A DNA stretch of 64,000 bases from Candidatus Woesearchaeota archaeon (GCA_017609645.1 JAFCDQ010000002.1:145470-209469); one strand, 5' to 3'; numbered from the stretch's first letter, positions 9,034-18,873 are shown. Program-made: numbers and translations. The notes: a model not told the origin generated them from the sequence alone.

Positions 9034-10257
9034 ATGGTTATAGCCCTTTTATTTAATAAAGAGGATTTAAGTAGGTTCATTCGAAAGAGAGAGCAAGATT
9101 TGCATACTGAAATAGACACCCAAACTTCAGATTATCTTCTTAAAATTGATGTTTCAGAATATGTTGAACATCTATATCAAAAATATCTGCTTGAACCGCC
9201 GCAACTTGATGAAAAAAAGATTTATGTCGATCAAGGAGAAGAAAAAATAGACATTAGTCAAGATAGAAATAGAGCAATATTTGATAGAAACCAACCCTTT
9301 CATGTTAAAGGTGTTAAAATCAGCTTTTTTATACCATTTCAAGGTCATTCGTTTTTATTTGATTGGTGTCCTTCTTCTTTTAATCTTAATCGTCCTAGAG
9401 CAAAAATATCTGATCAACAAATCATTATTGACATTGCTAGTATTAATCATGAACAAGAGGAAGTTAAAGCTGAATTTGATAGAACTCTAAAAAGTATAAA
9501 ACAGTGGTTAAGCTGGGTTTCCAGTGATTCCAAACCATTCAATGATACTCTCAAACAAAAAATCGAAGAAAAAATCAAGAACAAGAGAGAGAAATTTATA
9601 AAAGATAAGGGTCTTGCTGCAAGTTTTGGTTTTCCTCTTAAGAAAAGAGAAAATGCTTCACAAACTTATACTGTTCCAACTGTTCAAAAAAAAATATTAC
9701 CAAAGAAACCAGAAGTGTCTAAAGCATCACCACTTGAGCCAGCATTAAATATGGAACACTATGAAAATATTCTCCAAATTGTCACTAATATGACTATGGT
9801 TATGGAAAGAAGCCCTAAAGCTTTCAAAACCATGGGTGAAGAAAACATCCGAGATCATTTTTTAGTACAACTAAATGGACAGTACAAAGGTCAAGCAACA
9901 GGGGAAACTTTTAATTTTACAGGCAAAACAGACATTATTATTAGACATGAAGGGAAAAATATCTTCATCTCAGAATGTAAATTTTGGAAAGGGAAAAAAC
10001 AACTCAAAGATGCCATCGACCAATTACTCGGTTATACTAGCTGGAGAGATACTAAAACTGCTATCTTATTGTTTAATAGAAATAAAGATTTAACTAAAGT
10101 CCTATCACAAATTCCTGAGATTGTGAAAGAACATGAGAATTTTATAAAACAGATAGATTATAATTCTGAAACTGGTTTTAGGTTTGTATTGAAACATAAT
10201 GACGACAAAGAAAGAGAATTATACTTGACAGTTCTAGTTTTTGAAGTTCCACAATAA
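9034..10257 (+). CDS. coiled-coil protein with C-terminal PD-(D/E)XK nuclease domain, putative defence
   Basis: GEENIRD...GKTDIIIR...ISECKFW...IDQLLGY. Confidence 0.7.
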   Translation: MVIALLFNKEDLSRFIRKREQDLHTEIDTQTSDYLLKIDVSEYVEHLYQKYLLEPPQLDEKKIYVDQGEEKIDISQDRNRAIFDRNQPFHVKGVKISFFIPFQGHSFLFDWCPSSFNLNRPRAKISDQQIIIDIASINHEQEEVKAEFDRTLKSIKQWLSWVSSDSKPFNDTLKQKIEEKIKNKREKFIKDKGLAASFGFPLKKRENASQTYTVPTVQKKILPKKPEVSKASPLEPALNMEHYENILQIVTNMTMVMERSPKAFKTMGEENIRDHFLVQLNGQYKGQATGETFNFTGKTDIIIRHEGKNIFISECKFWKGKKQLKDAIDQLLGYTSWRDTKTAILLFNRNKDLTKVLSQIPEIVKEHENFIKQIDYNSETGFRFVLKHNDDKERELYLTVLVFEVPQ

Positions 10258-10309
10258 TAAAAAAGGGTTTAGCTAAATCCTAGAAAAAACATTTGAGTTG
10301 ATGTAGAAA

Positions 10310-11041
10310 ATGGATAAAATCATAATCGAAGACAAAATTCCTTCCATCAAGGTAAATAAAGAGTTTCTTATTGAGCTCTTTAAGAGTATTAATTCACAAA
10401 ATCCAAAGAACATTCCTATTAAAACTGAAATCAAAATTAAAGGTGATACTGAAACTATATCTTTTAAAAAATTGAGAGATTTTATTTCTGCAAGATATTT
10501 ACCTAGAGGAATTCACGAAATTAGTGTATCAAAGGAATCAAAAGATCTAGAATATGAGAAAAATGTCATATCATTCCATTTTATAATTAATACTAAACAT
10601 CCTTCAGATTCTTATTATAAATTAAAAGGATATGATGAAGGTAAAATTGAGATATGTAAAAAAGAAATAAAATCTTTGTTAGATGAATATAAGAATTGGT
10701 ATTGGTTTCTATTCAAAGGAATAAGATCAGAAGATAAAGAATCAAAAGGTCTGCGCGAATGGCTTTCTCTAGCTGTTATCATATCATTCTCATTTGTAAC
10801 ATATAGAATTCTTAATCTTATTAGAGGTACTGAACAGTCTGAAGCAAATCAAGCTATTGCTGTCGTGAGTTTTTTTGGATTTGCTTGGTTGATAGGTAAA
10901 GTTTCAGATAGGTTTTTTCCTTATCTGGATTTAAGAATAAGAAAGAAAAAAAGGTCAAAATTTTGGAATTTTTTAGTGGGAGCAATAGCTCTAACACTAT
11001 TGGCTAATTTGATATGGGAGCTTTTACGGTTATTAGTTTAA
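10310..11041 (+). CDS. hypothetical protein with three C-terminal TM helices
   Basis: 243-aa ORF, soluble N-terminus, hydrophobic C-terminal segments. Confidence 0.7.
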   Translation: MDKIIIEDKIPSIKVNKEFLIELFKSINSQNPKNIPIKTEIKIKGDTETISFKKLRDFISARYLPRGIHEISVSKESKDLEYEKNVISFHFIINTKHPSDSYYKLKGYDEGKIEICKKEIKSLLDEYKNWYWFLFKGIRSEDKESKGLREWLSLAVIISFSFVTYRILNLIRGTEQSEANQAIAVVSFFGFAWLIGKVSDRFFPYLDLRIRKKKRSKFWNFLVGAIALTLLANLIWELLRLLV

Positions 11042-11121
11042 GTCTTTGTTTCTTTTAACATTTCTTTGATTGTGCTATTTGATATCCTTAGGACTTTTTT
11101 TAGAAAATTTTATATAATTAA

Positions 11122-11358
11122 ATGATAATTCTAAGTATGATGGCAAAAAGAACAGAAAATAAATTTTTGAAATGGTTAGGCATCGGTTTTATGATTTTGA
11201 GTGGTTTTGTAGTGTTAGCGGCTTTTCCAGGCACGCCTTTATCTACAATTTCAATAGGCCCACTGAAAGTGACTGGAATTGATACTGTTAGTGCAACTAA
11301 GATTGCTGTGGGAGCAGTACTATTCTTTTTAGGTTTAACAGCATACAAAAAAAGATAA
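11122..11358 (+). CDS. small 2-TM membrane protein
   Basis: Two hydrophobic helices; TTTATATA upstream; the true start may be a downstream Met. Confidence 0.65.
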   Translation: MIILSMMAKRTENKFLKWLGIGFMILSGFVVLAAFPGTPLSTISIGPLKVTGIDTVSATKIAVGAVLFFLGLTAYKKR

Positions 11359-11359
11359 A

Positions 11360-11539
11360 ATGGCTTCACTAAAAGAATGGATAACTCATATTTTAGCTTT
11401 AGCAATCATATTAACTTACGTTTTTTTATTAATAATGAATGCTTTTAATCCAGCAATAAAAATAAGCGGAACTATATCAACTATTGCTTTGCTTGTTTTA
11501 GGTTATTATTTTGGCTCAATCAAGAGTTTGAACAATTAA
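11360..11539 (+). CDS. 59-aa 2-TM protein, holin-like (absent from the ORF track)
   Basis: MASLKEWITHILALAIILTYVFLLIMNAFNPAIKISGTISTIALLVLGYYFGSIKSLNN; starts 1 nt after the upstream stop. Confidence 0.7.
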   Translation: MASLKEWITHILALAIILTYVFLLIMNAFNPAIKISGTISTIALLVLGYYFGSIKSLNN

Positions 11540-11572
11540 GCTGATTGATTTTAATTTATGAAGTCTCATAAA

Positions 11573-11770
11573 TCATTTCTTCCCTTTCCCCAAAATCTCT
11601 TTTAATAAACTATTGTTCTCATAGACTTTGTCAAAGATTAAAGGTTGTTCTAGGGCTACATAGCGTAAGAAGTCTGAAATATTGAGCTTATTAAGTATTT
11701 TAGCGCGAGATATCATTTGTTCACGCTGATCCCGGGTTATTCTGAATCTGACAATATAGGTTTTTGCCAT
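11573..11770 (-). CDS. ribbon-helix-helix (CopG/MobC-like) DNA-binding protein
   Basis: IVRFRIT beta strand, helix, then ISDFLR helix. Confidence 0.7.
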   Translation of the reverse strand: MAKTYIVRFRITRDQREQMISRAKILNKLNISDFLRYVALEQPLIFDKVYENNSLLKEILGKGKK

Positions 11771-11927
11771 AGTTTTAGAGTAGGCTTTTAGCCTTTATAT
11801 TTTTTAACGGATTTTTGTAGGACTATTAACTTAATTTGAGCTTTATAAATTTTGGCGGACTTTCGTAGGACATTTTTTCATTAATTAACTAAAGATTCAA
11901 AATCATTTATTAAATGGGGTTCAAAAA

Positions 11928-11973
11928 TTACCTGTTTTTAGGTAAGATTACCTATTTTCAGGTAAGATTACCT
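11928..11973. repeat. tandem palindromes TTACCT-N6-AGGTAA, 20-bp period
   Basis: Two full palindromes plus a third half-site read directly from the sequence. Confidence 0.85.
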
Positions 11974-12081
11974 TGCTTTTTAACAAATATAAATTGATGT
12001 CCAGAAAAGATCTTGTTTTGAACAAAAATGTTCATTTTTGGATAAAAATGTCTGATTTTAGAATTATTTTCAGGATTTGAA

Positions 12082-13635
12082 TTATCTTAATAGTTCTGTG
12101 TAGCCTTCTTCATCTGCTTTTTTAGAAATAATGTTTATAATATTTTCAGATCGTAGTCCTATTTCTCTTGCTATCTCTTCCCCATAACTTTTACCAGATG
12201 AACCTGGAATAACCTTATAAGTATATTTTATTTTTTCGCCGTCATCAATGCATTCAACTTGTAGGTTTTTTCCAGCTTTATATCTTCCATTATCAACTTC
12301 TTTCGTTAATGGGTGCATGTGTGTAGTAAAGTATGTTGCTGAACCTAATTTGTGAAATCCATCTAAGAATATTAATGATTGTTTTTGTCCTTCTTCGTAG
12401 CTTGTTCCTCCACAAGGCTCATCTAGAATTATTAAGCTGTACGGAGTTGCTCTTGCAAAAATTTCTTTCATTCTTTTTAATTCATTTCTATACCTGCCTT
12501 CTCCTTTGGTTATATCATCTGGAGCAACAAAATGTGTATAAATGCCATCTGTAAAACTAACTTCTGATGATTCTGCTGGAACAAATAAGCCGCTTTGTGC
12601 CATAAGTTGAATTAAACCCACTGTTTTAACATAAGTTGTTTTTCCTCCATTATTTGGCCCTGTAATGACAAAAACATTATTTTCTTTATCATATTCAATA
12701 TTATTTGGCACAATCTTATAACCATTAATTCTTGCTTCTTCTAAGAGAGGATTTCTGGCATTTTTAACAACCATTTTTCTTTCTTCTTGAGGCAGTAATG
12801 TTGGTCTTGAAATATCAAATCCTTTCTTTTTTAATTTTATAAAATAATCGGCAAAACCTCTGTAAAAATCTAATGGTGCATAAAGGCTAGTAACCTCACG
12901 CATCTGAGATATAAATTCGTAAACAACACAAATAAATTTTTTAGTCAGATAGTTTCTTATTAACCCTCCTAATGCATCAACGTGTCCATAACTATCTTTT
13001 AAATCTTTTTCAGGTGTTACTTTAGTTCCAAACAGGTTCTCAAAAATTGATTTTTTTGATTTTTCTTTTTTCTCTGTTAACTTCAGAGCAGACATTTCAA
13101 AAGGAAGACAATGTTCATCAAGCGAAACTCTAAATTCGACTTCAACTAAATTTTCAATTTTATTTATAAAATTACATAATCCAGAAAATTCATCTGAATT
13201 TCTTACACTTTTTAAATAATCATTGACGCTTATAATCGCTTCTGATTGAGCACTTTCCAAATCTGGAAAATTTTGCATAAAATCTCTGTATTTTCTCAAA
13301 AAATCTAATCCCCTTGCTAAGCTGAAGTCTCTTCCATGCCCTATGTCTTCTCGTATTGAAAACAGAGGCTTTACAATCTTTTCCACATTTTCTTTCAATT
13401 GAGGTGTTTTAATTAACTCTTCCAAAGCATTTTGTCTGTATCTTACAGTCTCATCATTTGAATCTAACTCTATAAGCGCGTTTTTTGCTAAACATCTTGC
13501 ATCATAAGAAAAAGGAACTGATCTCAAAAAACTCTCTAAACTCAAGTCTTTAACAAAGCTTGAATCATTAGAGCTTCTACTATCTAAATTAAATGGATTA
13601 ATTATTTCAGGACATTGCAATAGATTTTCTTCCAT
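12082..13635 (-). CDS. MutS-family ATPase (domain V; no mismatch-binding domain evident)
   Basis: ITGPNNGGKTT, LMAQSGLFVPA, LDEPCGGTS, FTTH, SYGEEIA. Confidence 0.88.
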   Translation of the reverse strand: MEENLLQCPEIINPFNLDSRSSNDSSFVKDLSLESFLRSVPFSYDARCLAKNALIELDSNDETVRYRQNALEELIKTPQLKENVEKIVKPLFSIREDIGHGRDFSLARGLDFLRKYRDFMQNFPDLESAQSEAIISVNDYLKSVRNSDEFSGLCNFINKIENLVEVEFRVSLDEHCLPFEMSALKLTEKKEKSKKSIFENLFGTKVTPEKDLKDSYGHVDALGGLIRNYLTKKFICVVYEFISQMREVTSLYAPLDFYRGFADYFIKLKKKGFDISRPTLLPQEERKMVVKNARNPLLEEARINGYKIVPNNIEYDKENNVFVITGPNNGGKTTYVKTVGLIQLMAQSGLFVPAESSEVSFTDGIYTHFVAPDDITKGEGRYRNELKRMKEIFARATPYSLIILDEPCGGTSYEEGQKQSLIFLDGFHKLGSATYFTTHMHPLTKEVDNGRYKAGKNLQVECIDDGEKIKYTYKVIPGSSGKSYGEEIAREIGLRSENIINIISKKADEEGYTELLR

Positions 13636-13754
13636 CTCATTCCTATTTTTATAAAATATTCTTTATAAATCTTTCGTTTGTGTTACTACTATTAAATACT
13701 ATATGTATAATAAAAACCCTTCAATATTTTCTGGTTATTATAACCAATGCCACA

Positions 13755-13889
13755 ATGGTGCTACAAAGAATAAAAACTAGTTCTGTAATTGATAATGTTA
13801 TGAATAAAATGTATCCAGAATGGTTTGAACAATTAAAAACTGCTGTTAAAAAGCTGGAAAAACAGAGGCTAAATTATGAAAGACACTGA
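13755..13889 (+). CDS. possible small protein coupled to the downstream gene
   Basis: ATG at 13755 is in frame with the listed ORF and overlaps the next start; no motif. Confidence 0.3.
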   Translation: MVLQRIKTSSVIDNVMNKMYPEWFEQLKTAVKKLEKQRLNYERH

Positions 13890-14877
13890 AGCACAGTTTT
13901 TAATAGTAATAGTAGGAGCTATAGTAATAGCGGGATACAATTACTTCACTAAAAATCAAATATCAACACAAACAATATTCTATTATGCTCTTCTTTCATT
14001 AGGGATATTATTGGGATATTTAGTCTTATTTCTTATCATGAAAAAACTAATACAATTCTTCTCAAAGAAAAAACATGAAAAATGGGAGCGACAAATACAA
14101 GCAAGAAAAGAAAGAAAAAAACAAGAAGAAAAAGCTGAAATACAGCAAAAAATCCAAGAACTAAAACAATCATTCAAACAAATCAAAACAGCTTTTTCAG
14201 CAAAACCAAACCAGCAAAAAATAACACTCCTAACAGACTATTTTGACGGATTATACCAAACAAACCATAACTGTATTTTAGATGATGGATATTCAAAAGT
14301 ACCGCAAGTAATATCAAAAACAGTATTTGAAGAAATTACTAAAACCAAAGAAATCCTGAAAGAACAACAAAAAGCCAAAGAAAAACAACTAGACCTGGAA
14401 AAAGGAATCCACAAAGAAACAGACCTAGATAAAGAACAAATAAAGATTCTTGAAAAGCAAGATTATGTAAGATCAAGACATGTAGCACTAGGAAAAGAAG
14501 GACCTCAAGTTTATTACATCAGACCAAGAGCAAATGAATCAACAGCACACTATTTTCTAACAATGCAAATAAAACAATACCTAGAATCAAAAAGCATTGA
14601 AGTCAGAACACCAAACTCAAGAGAAGCAGACATAATTTTCACAGCAAACAATCAAACATGGGCAATAGAAGTAGAAACAGGAAGCGTCAAGAAAAAGAAG
14701 CCAGAAATGTTCAAACAAAAAATAGAACAACTAAACAAAAAATATGGCGATAACTGGTTTATTGTGTTAACAAAAAAAGACCTTAAAAAGCATTATAGAT
14801 CAAAAAGATACAAAATAGTACAAAAAAGCAAAATTATTGAAAAAATTGATAAAATAATAGGTGACTACAAATTCTAA
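13876..14877 (+). CDS. membrane-anchored coiled-coil protein with C-terminal PD-(D/E)XK-like domain
   Basis: 2 TMs, coiled coil, ESTAH...EADIIF...AIEVETG. Confidence 0.7.
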   Translation: MKDTEAQFLIVIVGAIVIAGYNYFTKNQISTQTIFYYALLSLGILLGYLVLFLIMKKLIQFFSKKKHEKWERQIQARKERKKQEEKAEIQQKIQELKQSFKQIKTAFSAKPNQQKITLLTDYFDGLYQTNHNCILDDGYSKVPQVISKTVFEEITKTKEILKEQQKAKEKQLDLEKGIHKETDLDKEQIKILEKQDYVRSRHVALGKEGPQVYYIRPRANESTAHYFLTMQIKQYLESKSIEVRTPNSREADIIFTANNQTWAIEVETGSVKKKKPEMFKQKIEQLNKKYGDNWFIVLTKKDLKKHYRSKRYKIVQKSKIIEKIDKIIGDYKF

Positions 14878-14924
14878 AATTTTTAAGCTAGGTGACTACA
14901 TTTAGCGCTTTTTGTAGTCACCTA
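14858..14924. repeat. TAGGTGACTACA twice direct and once inverted
   Basis: Copies at 14858-14869 and 14889-14900, inverted copy at 14913-14924. Confidence 0.88.
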
Positions 14925-14933
14925 AACGAAAGA

Positions 14934-14979
14934 TTTAAATAAGGACAAAAATATCCTCATCTGAGGACAAAAAAGTCTT
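14934..14979 (+). promoter_or_regulatory. probable promoter/operator of the MNT-HEPN operon
   Basis: TTTAAATA box followed by two imperfect palindromes, AGGAC-AAAAATA-TCCT and GAGGAC-AAAAAA-GTCTT. Confidence 0.5.
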
Positions 14980-14982
14980 AAA

Positions 14983-15585
14983 ATGCTGACAAAAAACCAA
15001 ACCAAAATCATGCAAGTATTCACAAGCCACATAACAGAACAATACAGCATGAGAGAAATAGCTAAAATACTGCAAAAAGACAGTAGTCAAACACGCAGAG
15101 CAATAAAACCCTTAATAGAAAAACAATTCCTAACAGTAACTCAAAAAAAACACCTAATTTTAAACTATCAAAAAAACCATCAACAACTAGCATATATTGA
15201 ACATTTAAGAAGCAAAGAATTCCTAAACAAGCCTAAAAATAAAGAATTGACCATGTTCACAAAAGAAGTTAAAGAAAAATTCCCAGAAGACTTCTTTATT
15301 TTCCTATTATTCGGCTCAACAATAACAGCAAAAAAACCAAGAGACATAGACATACTCTTCATAACAGATGATATCGAAAAAGTAAACACAACAGAAAAAA
15401 TCCTGTACAATATATCAAGAAATTATGAACAAAAAATTGACATCAATGTAATCTCTCCTGAAAGTGTATATGAAATGCTGGCAAAAAGAGAAGAACTAAA
15501 TATAATGAATGAGTTACTAAACAAACACCTGATAATTTACGGTGCTGAAACTTTTTACAGATTAATTAAAAAGGGAAGAACATGA
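14983..15585 (+). CDS. wHTH + minimal nucleotidyltransferase (MNT) antitoxin
   Basis: N-terminal HTH (SMREIAKIL); LFGS...DIDIL. Confidence 0.88.
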   Translation: MLTKNQTKIMQVFTSHITEQYSMREIAKILQKDSSQTRRAIKPLIEKQFLTVTQKKHLILNYQKNHQQLAYIEHLRSKEFLNKPKNKELTMFTKEVKEKFPEDFFIFLLFGSTITAKKPRDIDILFITDDIEKVNTTEKILYNISRNYEQKIDINVISPESVYEMLAKREELNIMNELLNKHLIIYGAETFYRLIKKGRT

Positions 15586-16172
15586 AAACACTTGATGATA
15601 AGAAAATTAAAGAAATAAAAAATAGAGTAAAAAATTACATTACAGATGGAATTATAAAAACCAAACAAAAAAAAGAACACACAAAATTCTTTTTAATTAA
15701 TTCAGAAGATTCTCTAAATTCAGCAAGAGCCTTATTTGACCTGTCAACAAACAAAGACTACCAAGAATACACAGGCAACATAGGACTAAAAGGATTTCTT
15801 TGGGTAATAAATTCAAGCTATTACTCCATGTTTTATACAGTAAGAGCTCTGCTAGAAAGCGAAGGCATAAAAATCAAAACAGACCAATCAATCCATGCAC
15901 TAACCTTTGACACATTAATCTACTATTTTTACCTTACAGGCAAACTCCAAAAAAGATTATTTGAATACTATGTAGAAGCACAAGAAGAAGCCGCAGAACT
16001 ACTAGGACAACAAAAAACAGAAGAACTCCTAGAAGAATACTTCTTTGAAAAAGGCAAAAGAGCAACCTTCACCTACAACACAGGAGAGTTTGCAATGAAA
16101 AACAAAGCAAAAACCTCACTAGAAAGAGCAACAAAATTCAACAGAGAAATAAAAAAAATCCTACAAACCTAA
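15582..16172 (+). CDS. HEPN domain protein (toxin partner)
   Basis: SYYSMFY.VRALL, H, RxxxxY (RATFTY); ATGA overlap with the MNT gene. Confidence 0.85.
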   Translation: MKTLDDKKIKEIKNRVKNYITDGIIKTKQKKEHTKFFLINSEDSLNSARALFDLSTNKDYQEYTGNIGLKGFLWVINSSYYSMFYTVRALLESEGIKIKTDQSIHALTFDTLIYYFYLTGKLQKRLFEYYVEAQEEAAELLGQQKTEELLEEYFFEKGKRATFTYNTGEFAMKNKAKTSLERATKFNREIKKILQT

Positions 16173-16242
16173 GGACCACCAAAAAAAGACCTCCAAAAAA
16201 ACAACAAATTTTCATTTAAAAACAAAGACCTCCTAATTTTCA

Positions 16243-16332
16243 AGCAAAAAACACAATTTTATAGACGATAAAAACAAAATACTCCTACCTTTTTTACTGT
16301 CACTAATAAGAACTATGAAAAATCAGATAAAA
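16243..16332. repeat. 90-bp cassette-boundary repeat, copy 1
   Basis: 88/90 identical to 18912-19001; contains an imperfect inverted repeat. Confidence 0.95.
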
Positions 16333-16345
16333 AACAAAGCATACA

Positions 16346-18025
16346 TTATTTTTGGAAGTATATCACACCTAGACGTTCAATCAAGCTATCATAGTTTTCT
16401 TCAGAAGGTTCTATATCAAATTTATCTAAAATTTTATTCCAATAAGGCCAATATTCATATTTTGTACTTTTTTTCAAAGTTTTTTGAATGGATTCTTCAT
16501 TAGGGTTAATTTTAGTGATTTCGAAAAATTCTAAAAATTGTGGTGGAGAGTCAGAAAAATAATCATAAATTAATTGAGCTGTTTCTTCATCAGGTATTAT
16601 GTTTGTATATTTGATCATATCTTCAATTTGATCAACATCACCATAACCTTTTTTTGATACTACTCTTTCTTTAAAATATTGTTTATAACCTTCTTTAATT
16701 TCTGCTTCGTTTAAAATTGGTTTAACACCAGTAAGATTTTCAAATTCTTCATAAAAAACAGACTGCATGTTAGCTATAGCTTTTTTATAAGTTTGTTGAA
16801 TTTCCTCTTTAGAAAAATTTGGTTCTACTTTAGTTAATTCCATTAGATATATCATCCCATCAAAACTGCGATTTGAAAAAGTAGAAACCCATGGGTTTTC
16901 TATACAATATCTATATATTTTTCGAATATCTTCTTCAGGCCAATCAGGTTTTTCTCCTGTATGATGAAATAAGTGAAATGTATACGATAAATATTTATTA
17001 TCGGCTCTTGTTTCAAGTAGTTTGTGCAAATATTCTGTAAAAACTTTTTGTATTGTTGATTTTTTAGGTTTGATTTCGCTTTTCTTTTTGATTTCGCCAG
17101 TTCCAGTTTTCTTTTTTAATTCTTCAAAACTATCAAAATCGCCTGTTAGAAAACATTTTTCATAGGCTTGATGAGTATCTTCTTCATAAAAAGAAACATT
17201 CTCATTATTTTCATCCTCATAAAAAAATTCTTCTTTACAAAGAGGTAAACAATATGCTTTCGTTATTTGAAGGAATTTTTTTAATTTCTTATAATCCTTT
17301 TTTTCTAAAAGTTTTCCAAAACCTTTTCTAATATCTGAGATTTTAAAATAAAATTGTTTAATATAATCTTCATCTTTTTTGTAATAATTAATAAATTCTA
17401 TCAATTTTTCTAAATAATCGGCATTTCCTTCTTTTGCGCAATATTCTAATTTTTGTTGAAGTAATTCTTCAGGTAATTCTGCAAAACTGAATGTTAGTTT
17501 TTTTAATTTTAAAATTGAATCAAAATAATTATTTTGTTCATTAAAAAAGCCTTCTTTTATAATTTTATTATCTTTATTGAATAATAAAATATAACCTTCT
17601 TTTATAAGTTCATCAGAAGGATAAATATGAGTAATATCAATCAACTTAATAAGGTTTTTCAAATCACCCCAAAATCCTGCTCCTTTTTTTTCTGATAAAA
17701 AAGTATAAGCTTTTTGCATCGTTTCATCATTTGGTCTGCATTTAAGAAATCTAATCATTTTTTCTAAACGAGTAAAACCCGGACGAGTAAAATCCTCGCT
17801 CTTAGAGTTAACTATATAATTATAAAAGGATTCTTGAATAACATCATCTAATAATTCTTCTCCACCAAAGAAAACAACAGAAAGTTTTGATTTGTAATAT
17901 ATGTTATCCCTATTTAAAACTCTAGAAGCGCTGTTCTTTATAGCTTCTTCTACTTCTTCTTTTTTGAATCCCTTTGATTCTGCATAATCAACTAAGTTTT
18001 CTAAACCTTTACTTTCTTCACTCAT
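16346..18025 (-). CDS. hypothetical protein with degenerate alpha-helical repeats
   Basis: Recurring E.IQ..Y...l...T.v.P units; GGTGGAG RBS. Confidence 0.75.
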   Translation of the reverse strand: MSEESKGLENLVDYAESKGFKKEEVEEAIKNSASRVLNRDNIYYKSKLSVVFFGGEELLDDVIQESFYNYIVNSKSEDFTRPGFTRLEKMIRFLKCRPNDETMQKAYTFLSEKKGAGFWGDLKNLIKLIDITHIYPSDELIKEGYILLFNKDNKIIKEGFFNEQNNYFDSILKLKKLTFSFAELPEELLQQKLEYCAKEGNADYLEKLIEFINYYKKDEDYIKQFYFKISDIRKGFGKLLEKKDYKKLKKFLQITKAYCLPLCKEEFFYEDENNENVSFYEEDTHQAYEKCFLTGDFDSFEELKKKTGTGEIKKKSEIKPKKSTIQKVFTEYLHKLLETRADNKYLSYTFHLFHHTGEKPDWPEEDIRKIYRYCIENPWVSTFSNRSFDGMIYLMELTKVEPNFSKEEIQQTYKKAIANMQSVFYEEFENLTGVKPILNEAEIKEGYKQYFKERVVSKKGYGDVDQIEDMIKYTNIIPDEETAQLIYDYFSDSPPQFLEFFEITKINPNEESIQKTLKKSTKYEYWPYWNKILDKFDIEPSEENYDSLIERLGVIYFQK

Positions 18026-18132
18026 TTACTCCACCATTTAATAGTGGCGACTAAAAATGTTTATTAAATTAATCTCCCCCTAAGTGCGTAGTAATAATAA
18101 AGTTTATATATGAGTTCAGAATTTTAGATAAT

Positions 18133-18873
18133 ATGAAGAAAGAAATACTAAGAAAAATAGGATTAACAGATGGAGAAATTAGAGTATACTTTGCTTTAAT
18201 TAAACTAGGAAAAAGCTCAACAGGGCCAATAATGGAACATTCTGGAATATCAAGCTCTAAAGTATACTTAATCCTAGAAAAATTAATTCAAAAAGGATTT
18301 GCAAGCTACATTATAGAAGATGGAGTGAAAAAATTTCATGCAACAAATCCTGAAAACATAATAGAATATATTGAAAAACAACAAAAAGAGCTAGAAAAAG
18401 AAAAACAAGAAGCAAAAGAACTTGTTAAACAACTTTCTAAAATAGATATTTACAAAGAAGAATCTGCAAAAATTTACAAAGGAACAAAAAGCATGAAAAA
18501 CGCTTATGACAATATACTAAATGAATTAAAAAAAGGAGAAGAATTCTTATTCATAGGAGGACCTGTCAAACAAAAAAAATCATTATTATTCTTCCAAAAC
18601 CTTCACAAAAAAAGAATAGAAAGAAAAATCAAAACAAAAGGAATAGGAGAATCAGAAGCCAAAAAACCATATATGGAAATATTCAAAAAAATGAAAAATA
18701 TAGAACTAAAATTTATGCCAATAGCTTTCCCTCATGCAATAGCAATAGGAAAGAAAAGAGTGGTGCTTTCTTTATGGGAAGAAAACCCTTTAGCAATAGA
18801 AATAATCTCAGAAAGAATGACACAAAGATACAAGAAATTTTTTTATCAATTATGGAAACAAACTAAAAACTAA
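18133..18873 (+). CDS. TrmB-family transcriptional regulator
   Basis: IGLTDGEIRVYFALIKLG...SKVYLILEKLIQKG...ATNPE; TTTATATA upstream. Confidence 0.9.
   Translation: MKKEILRKIGLTDGEIRVYFALIKLGKSSTGPIMEHSGISSSKVYLILEKLIQKGFASYIIEDGVKKFHATNPENIIEYIEKQQKELEKEKQEAKELVKQLSKIDIYKEESAKIYKGTKSMKNAYDNILNELKKGEEFLFIGGPVKQKKSLLFFQNLHKKRIERKIKTKGIGESEAKKPYMEIFKKMKNIELKFMPIAFPHAIAIGKKRVVLSLWEENPLAIEIISERMTQRYKKFFYQLWKQTKN

Noticed and set aside
11928-12062. CRISPR array
   Set aside because: 20-bp period with no unique spacers and no cas genes; the 90-bp repeats are also kilobases apart
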